Shown here: piece after piece, positions 57,351 to 62,834 of the stretch | How positions within the stretch are numbered: position 1 is the stretch's first letter | Layout: each line of letters starts with the position of its first letter | Virus record (IMG/VR): IMGVR_UViG_3300036851_000151 | Coordinates: 1-62,834 of that record | DNA length: 62,834 bases | Reading direction: 5' to 3' (one strand) | Source of the DNA: a virus | Taxonomy: Duplodnaviria; Caudoviricetes | Notes under the pieces: generated by a model | Database searches by the model: none | The model's input: the letters and a program-made list of their open reading frames with translations, nothing else | Told to the model about the DNA's origin: nothing | Position numbers and translations under genes: made by a program

Positions 57351-58058
57351 TTAATGGACGGCTTCGGCCGAAGCGCGGCGCGAGCGGCGCCCACCGTTGA
57401 GCGGCACGACACCGGAATCAGTCTCGTCGGCGGAGGTTTCCTCGTGATCCCTCAAGCCCTGAGCATGGCCGCGCGCCCAGATCGGGTATGCGGGCGACGT
57501 CTCCGGGTGCGGATTGCCTTCGGCCGCCCTGCCCTCGATAGCGGCCTGTCTACCATCGGCGAAGGTATAGCCCGCGTTGGCCAACTCCTCGGTCGCCTCG
57601 GCCGAAGTGTCCTCGCCATGATCGGCCTCGACCTCGACGTTGTCGGGCAGCGGCTCGCGCTCCGGCAGCGGTTCGCTTGGCTCTCGACCGGTATCGTCGC
57701 CGGCGCCTTCACCGTCACCCTCTGGCGGCTCCGCTGCGGCGTCAGCGGTCCCTTCGGTTTCCTCTTCGAACATATCGCCCTGGGCCGCCCAATCGGCCCA
57801 CTCACGGTAGGTGTCGAACGCGCGCAGAAAATCTTTGCGCTTGGTGTCCTCCATGTCGTCGAGCCGGCAGAACAGTTTCGCCGCCTGCGGGTGGATCCCG
57901 AGCGGCTCCGCTTTCTTCCATTCGCCGGCATGGGTCATGTTCGCATCGTTCAGTCGTGATCGGGCCGTGCCGACCGTGCGAACGAAGCGACGGAACGTGT
58001 CCGCCTCCAGCTTCGGCGGCTCCGCCCATTCCTTGCTCGCCCTACGTCCTCGCGCCAT
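57351..58058 (-). CDS. GapR/UPF0335-like DNA-binding protein with acidic linker and RMF-like end
   Basis: KKAE..GI...A.K...RL..ME...R...L..FD.Y; GGAGG RBS. Confidence 0.55.
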   Translation of the reverse strand: MARGRRASKEWAEPPKLEADTFRRFVRTVGTARSRLNDANMTHAGEWKKAEPLGIHPQAAKLFCRLDDMEDTKRKDFLRAFDTYREWADWAAQGDMFEEETEGTADAAAEPPEGDGEGAGDDTGREPSEPLPEREPLPDNVEVEADHGEDTSAEATEELANAGYTFADGRQAAIEGRAAEGNPHPETSPAYPIWARGHAQGLRDHEETSADETDSGVVPLNGGRRSRRASAEAVH

Positions 58059-58080
58059 CGAAATCCCCTCCAAATCGCCG

Positions 58081-58278
58081 CTAGGCGGCGCCATCAATCC
58101 CCCGCGCCACGCGCCGGATGCGCTCGGCGACATCGCCCGGGTCGCGCAGATCGGGCAGCGCGGCGGTGACGCCCTCGGCCGCCAGCTCGGCGCGGATCGC
58201 GCGCATCAGCTCGCCGCTCTCGACGGCGCGGGCGATGCCGTAAAGGGTATGCGCGATGCTTCGGGCGTCGTGGCTCAT
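58081..58278 (-). CDS. Small hypothetical protein
   Basis: ATGA overlap. Confidence 0.5.
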   Translation of the reverse strand: MSHDARSIAHTLYGIARAVESGELMRAIRAELAAEGVTAALPDLRDPGDVAERIRRVARGIDGAA

Positions 58279-58604
58279 GCCGCAAGCTCCGCCGGAGCCG
58301 GTTTCTCGGGCCGGCCAGCGGGCCGCGCAGCGCCGGTCGTCGCCACCAGCACGCGGTCGAGGTCGGCGTGCAGCGCGTCGAGGCGGCCTTGCATCGTTGC
58401 CTCAGACGCAGACCTCAGCTCCCCGCGCAGCTTCCATCCCCGCCGATGCGCCTGCCCGATGACGGTGTTCTTCGTGACGCCGAGCAGCACGCCGATGGCA
58501 CGCGCCCTGAGCTCGGGGCATTCCTCCCAAAGCCGCCGCATCTCGGGCAGCAGCGCCGGCGGAAACTTCGGGCGGTTGATGTGGAGGTTCGCTGGCAAGG
58601 TCAT
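58275..58604 (-). CDS. GcrA-like N-terminal domain protein
   Basis: RRLW...A..IG..LGVTKNTVIG.AHR.G. Confidence 0.75.
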   Translation of the reverse strand: MTLPANLHINRPKFPPALLPEMRRLWEECPELRARAIGVLLGVTKNTVIGQAHRRGWKLRGELRSASEATMQGRLDALHADLDRVLVATTGAARPAGRPEKPAPAELAA

Positions 58605-58614
58605 GGCGATACCC

Positions 58615-60453
58615 TCAATCGGCTGCGCAGGTTTTTTGCCCGAATTCGTCGAAGGTGCATGCAGCACCACCGATCACCGGCGGCGCGATCGGCTCGTCTG
58701 CGTTGTGCCGAACACCCATCAGCTTGCCGTTCCGATTGAACGTCGTCGCACCTTTCGCCCCGCCGTGGTAGGCGAGAAGGTAGAGTTCCTTGAACTCGCC
58801 GAACGGCACGCCAGGACCGTGGCCAGCGATCTGGCCGTTAACGTTGCACGTTTTAGACACGGCTTGATCGATCCACCGCTGCGCACCGCACAGCACGCGG
58901 ACGTGATCCTGAGCCGACACCTCGTTGGCCGTTTTACCTTCCACGCCAAAGAACTGCAGCGCGTAATCGGTCACGGTGAAACTCTGCTGCCCAGTCGGCA
59001 TGAAGATGTTCATCGTCGTGCGCAGCGAGTACGGGGGCTCGATGCCCGACGAGACGTTGTCAGCGGCCATTGAGATTGTTCCGGTCGGCGCGATCGACCC
59101 GAGATGACTATTGCGCAGCCCGTGCCGTGCGATGCCATCGCGTAACTCGTCGGTAAGGCGGTTCTGGACGAACCAGCCTGCTAGGTATTTTTCGGCGTCG
59201 AAGAGCGCGAACGGCCCCTTCTCGCGTGAGAGCGCGATCGACGTGCGATAGGTTTGGTGCGCAATCCGCTCCAAAATCTTGTCTTGCAGCGCCAGATACT
59301 CTGAACTCCCGTATGCGAAGCCGATCACCTCGATAGCGTTCGCCATGCCAGTGACGCCGATACCCATGCGGCGCTTGCTCTGTTCTTCGTGCCGCTGCTC
59401 ATCGAGAGGGTAATTCGTGATGTCGATCACTGCGTCGCAGGCCCGGACCAAGCAATCGACCGCATCGTCAAGAAGATCGAAGTCGATGCCGAACATGCTG
59501 GCGCTGGGATCGACAACCCGCAGCGCGGCAGGGAGATCGGTCGCGGCGTACTTATCGGCGGCTTGGTGAGCGAGGCTGCGCCCGACGTGAGACGGCACAA
59601 GCAGCTTGACGATGTTCAGGCTGCCGAGGAGGCAAGCGCCGTTCGGCGGCAATGGCACCTCACCACACGGGTTTGTCGCTGCGATTTCCTCGCAGTAATA
59701 GAGAGGGTTGCGCTGATTGATCCGGTCGATGAACAGAACGCCGGGCTCGGCCCAATCCCAATTGTTCTCCATCATCGTCGACCAGACATCGACGGCGCGG
59801 ACCTGCGCGTGCACGGTGTCGCGGAATTTCAGGTCGTAAAGGCCATCGGCGTCGAGCGCTTCCATGAACGCGTCGGTGACACCGACCGAGATATTGAAGT
59901 TGGTTAGGCGCCCGGAATTTCGCTTGGCGTTGACGAATTTGAGAATGTCCGGATGGTCGCACCGCAAAACACCCATCATCGCGCCGCGGCGATGCCCGGC
60001 CGTCAGGATCGTGTCGCACATGGTGTTCCAGACATCCATGAACGACAGCGGCCCCGACGCGAAGCTGCCGTGTCCGAGGCCGCGGATTGGCTCGCCACTC
60101 GGTCGCAACGTGGAAAAATCCCAGCCGCAGCCGCCGCCGGTCCGCAACGTCAATCCTGCCAGCTTCAGCGCATCCATGATGCCGGCGAAGCTGTCGTCGA
60201 TGGTCGGCCCGAGGTAGCAGTTCATGGCGGTCGTCAGATACGGGCGCCCGACTGAATGCTGCTGCCGACCCGCCGGCAAAATAACCTGGTCGCGCAGATA
60301 TCGGAGGGTCCGGCGGAATTGCTGGTCGCTGTCGCTGACGGCACGGGCATACCGGACACAGAAATCGTCGAACCGCTCCTCTGGCGCCCGATACTTCGTT
60401 GCATGCAGAAGCTGCCCGAACTCGGTGCGCGGCCCGAATCTCTCTGCGCTCAT
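58615..60453 (-). CDS. nrdJ: Class II (B12-dependent) ribonucleotide reductase
   Basis: AMNCY, GGGCG.DFS.LRP, RRGAMM, TNPCGE, CLLGSLN, IAPTGTIS, C-terminal Cys pair; no beta-subunit gene. Confidence 0.93.
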   Translation of the reverse strand: MSAERFGPRTEFGQLLHATKYRAPEERFDDFCVRYARAVSDSDQQFRRTLRYLRDQVILPAGRQQHSVGRPYLTTAMNCYLGPTIDDSFAGIMDALKLAGLTLRTGGGCGWDFSTLRPSGEPIRGLGHGSFASGPLSFMDVWNTMCDTILTAGHRRGAMMGVLRCDHPDILKFVNAKRNSGRLTNFNISVGVTDAFMEALDADGLYDLKFRDTVHAQVRAVDVWSTMMENNWDWAEPGVLFIDRINQRNPLYYCEEIAATNPCGEVPLPPNGACLLGSLNIVKLLVPSHVGRSLAHQAADKYAATDLPAALRVVDPSASMFGIDFDLLDDAVDCLVRACDAVIDITNYPLDEQRHEEQSKRRMGIGVTGMANAIEVIGFAYGSSEYLALQDKILERIAHQTYRTSIALSREKGPFALFDAEKYLAGWFVQNRLTDELRDGIARHGLRNSHLGSIAPTGTISMAADNVSSGIEPPYSLRTTMNIFMPTGQQSFTVTDYALQFFGVEGKTANEVSAQDHVRVLCGAQRWIDQAVSKTCNVNGQIAGHGPGVPFGEFKELYLLAYHGGAKGATTFNRNGKLMGVRHNADEPIAPPVIGGAACTFDEFGQKTCAAD

Positions 60454-60706
60454 GTGCTGCCTACCTTGGATTTTGATTGGTGAGCCGCTGCATCTGCCGC
60501 ATCAACAGAACGGGGCCGTGGCATTCCGCGGCAGCCGATACAGGTGCTGTCTGCCGATGTCGCCGGCGGGCCGGCGATCACCCAGCACGGATCACCACCG
60601 TTGCATTTCTTTGGGCGGCATTGCTGCCGGACCGGCATCCACTCGGCGTAAAGAGCGAAGTCACGTGCCGTGTACTGCGCGGCCTGGCCGACTTTGGCGT
60701 GGCCTC

Positions 60707-61192
60707 TCACTGGCCCGGCTCCCGCGCGTCCGGGTGGCCGATGTGCTCGGCGGTGCCGTTGGCTACAGCCAGAAACCCGCGCGCGACTTGCGAAACTTCC
60801 GTTCTTTCCAGCGGGCCAGGAACCAGTCGCGCCAAACGAGGATGAGCTGCCAAAAAGTCTTGCCGGCGTTTTTCATATTCCCCCCGAGCGTCGATCAGAT
60901 CTTGTGCCTGTTCGACGTAGGCTCTGATTTTGTCTGCCTCGTGGGCGTCGATCCGGCGCGCGTTGCCGTAATAGAGGCAGCGCACCCGAGCGAACGGGTG
61001 CGCCAGCGCGCGAGCCGCCCACGCGATAGCGGCCTTGCGGCTGCCACCGGGGGCAAGCTCGACAATCGCTGAGACATGCCCGCGCATTTCTTCGCGGGTT
61101 GCCTCAAAGGTGAAGGTCATGTTCGAGCCCTTGAACGGGAAATTTGCGTTAGGGGATTGCTTGTTCGACACCTTGGATCGCTCCGGTTGCAT
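60707..61192 (-). CDS. CII-like / HTH regulator
   Basis: KAAI..AARAL....RV..LYYG.ARRIDAHE, typical of alphaproteobacterial phages downstream of cro. Confidence 0.55.
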   Translation of the reverse strand: MQPERSKVSNKQSPNANFPFKGSNMTFTFEATREEMRGHVSAIVELAPGGSRKAAIAWAARALAHPFARVRCLYYGNARRIDAHEADKIRAYVEQAQDLIDARGEYEKRRQDFLAAHPRLARLVPGPLERTEVSQVARGFLAVANGTAEHIGHPDAREPGQ

Positions 61193-61341
61193 GGTGTGGG
61201 TCCCATGCAGAGAGAGCGACACAACGGAGGCTTCAGACGACAGATGACACGGCCGGCCACCATCATCTCTCCTGCATGCCCCGGAGAGGGCGCGCGAGGC
61301 GCAGCGATGACCGGCCGTGAGGGTGGAATTAAGGTGACGGG

Positions 61342-61719
61342 TCATGCGGCGCGCCCTCTGGCAGGAGGGCTTGTCGCGTTTTCTGGGTTACGGGCTTCCA
61401 GCCCGCACGCCCGGAGTGCCCGGTACAGCAAGTCGTACACGCCGCGACGGGTCCGATGATGGCCGCCGATCAGCGCGACGATCGCTTCATCGTCGTCGCC
61501 GACCGCGGCCCCCGCAACGTTATCGCCGTTGTCGGTCAGCCGGCCGCGGCGCCACGCATCGCGAAGCGCGCCAGTGAACGGTGGACATTTCTTCAAGATG
61601 ACGGCGTATTCGCCGAAGTTACCTGGCAGGACCGCGATATTAGCGATCTCGACCAGCCCGATTGTGCGAGCACGCTTCTCGTCACCGCCTGGCAGCAGCT
61701 CGATGGTGACGCGGATCAC
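61342..61719 (-). CDS. Conserved phage hypothetical protein
   Basis: IRVTIELLPGG...IANI...YDLLYRAL; GTGA overlap. Confidence 0.7.
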   Translation of the reverse strand: MIRVTIELLPGGDEKRARTIGLVEIANIAVLPGNFGEYAVILKKCPPFTGALRDAWRRGRLTDNGDNVAGAAVGDDDEAIVALIGGHHRTRRGVYDLLYRALRACGLEARNPENATSPPARGRAA

Positions 61720-62096
61720 CGCGCCGTCTCCCGCCCGTCGATCGCGTCCGCTACGGCGCGGCGATGGGCGGCGGGGATTGCGAGAGCGGCCGCTTCGTCG
61801 GGTGTCAGACAGCGGAGAAATCCTTTCGGCCCGACGATCGCGACGACGGCCGCATCCGGCCCGCTGGCGAGGTCGATGCCGATGAAGATCGAAGGCCAGC
61901 GGGGGATAGGCGGCACCGCTGGCGGCAGTCCTGGCCCGAGCACGCAATCCGGCCGATGAACGATGTCGCCCTTCAGATCACGGTAGGCGTTGCTATCGGC
62001 GCAGTTGCACCCCGATCGCACGGCACTCTCGGCATCGCGTATTTCGCGGGCGCGAATGCCGATCGATGCGTCGTCTATGATCGAGGGGCGGGTCAT
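61716..62096 (-). CDS. Hypothetical protein
   Basis: Overlapping start and stop in operon. Confidence 0.55.
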   Translation of the reverse strand: MTRPSIIDDASIGIRAREIRDAESAVRSGCNCADSNAYRDLKGDIVHRPDCVLGPGLPPAVPPIPRWPSIFIGIDLASGPDAAVVAIVGPKGFLRCLTPDEAAALAIPAAHRRAVADAIDGRETAR

Positions 62097-62530
62097 CTAC
62101 GCGGCCTTCCGCAGAACGCGCCGGAGTCACGCCGGGGCAAGCCCAATCGATTTGCCTTGCCGATGACAGCGCCTTTGCTCGTCCCGAGTTGGCGGCCGAT
62201 ATCGGCCGCGCGCATGTCGGTCCCCCAAAGCTCGCGCAGCACCGCGATCTTTACTTCGCTCCAGCAGAAAACGGCCGACTCGGTATCGAATTTAACGCCG
62301 GGGGTTTCACCCGGACCGGCATCGTTCTTCGGAACCGGCAGCGCGATTGCAAGCGGCGTGGTCAGATCGAGCATCCGCCGCAGGATCACGACCTCGCGGG
62401 CGCCCTGGTGCGGGATGCGCGCCTTGGTGATGCATACCTGTTCCCAGCCCCGCGTAATCCACGCCAGCGCCTCTCCGGCCGGCTTGGAAGCCCACTCGCA
62501 CCGGAAGCCGAGCGCGGTCATGTCGCCCAC
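62093..62530 (-). CDS. Protein with C-terminal GcrA-like domain
   Basis: WSE..IA.LRELW.....A.DIG.QLGTSKGAVIGKANRLGL. Confidence 0.8.
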   Translation of the reverse strand: MGDMTALGFRCEWASKPAGEALAWITRGWEQVCITKARIPHQGAREVVILRRMLDLTTPLAIALPVPKNDAGPGETPGVKFDTESAVFCWSEVKIAVLRELWGTDMRAADIGRQLGTSKGAVIGKANRLGLPRRDSGAFCGRPRR

Positions 62531-62705
62531 TGGCTTCTGATGTATGAAAGCAGCTTCACCGCCTCGCCCTCCGCACGCCCCAGCGCGGCCTCTCGATCTC
62601 GCGGACCTTGCCCTCGTCGGACCATCGACGCCGCGCGCTCATTAGACGCGCTCCAACTGAACGCCGTTCAGCAATGTGTCAGAAATGTGACCCATCAGAG
62701 CCTTA

Positions 62706-62834
62706 GCAAATTGCTCAGATGTTAAGCATTTTTTCGTAAGGCAAGCTGATGATGTCGGTGTACATCCTTCCTGTCGCGCTATGCTACCCAGAGAAAAGAC
62801 AGGGAAATGCCGAAGACGCCAGATACCCCCGAAG
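62706..62834 (+). repeat. Terminal direct repeat (copy 2) with diverged last 22 nt
   Basis: 62706-62812 equals 1-107; 62813-62834 differs from 108-129 at 6 positions. Confidence 0.95.

Noticed and set aside
57811-59073. 420-aa plus-strand ORF and other long antisense ORFs
   Set aside because: Shadow frames of GC-rich minus-strand genes, with no recognisable motifs.

Overview
The window is essentially one complete, GC-rich temperate siphovirus genome of about 62.7 kb. Bases 1-107 recur at 62706-62812, consistent with a circular assembly. The host is probably alphaproteobacterial (GcrA-like, GapR-like and DUF3168 genes). Layout: (1) a lambda-like immunity switch (cro 287-490, cI 584-937, four GTTGG-N5-CCAAC operators) with a sulfotransferase moron; (2) a plus-strand early operon (2.2-19.5 kb) with RecE-like nuclease, Sak4-like ATPase, Gp37/Gp68, xis-int, probable attP and a DnaJ-domain protein; (3) a minus-strand arm running from cro through GcrA-like genes, class II RNR, RusA, DnaB, initiator, NusG, HNH/terminase, HK97-type head, tail and lysis genes; (4) two tRNAs plus an HNH gene inserted antisense in the lysis module. 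The most unusual features are: a four-gene glycosyltransferase-like/methyltransferase cluster right after the capsid gene, with two enzymes sharing an N-terminal tag; a FixL-like PAS-receiver protein in the lysis cassette; a tailspike-like protein and neighbour with apparent Sec signal peptides and Cys pairs; second copies of the Xis and Int N-terminal domains fused to GIY-YIG domains around attP; direct-repeat-bounded genes after PL; and a GAGxGNVIG motif shared by two tail proteins. All product calls come from motif recognition by eye, not database searches.
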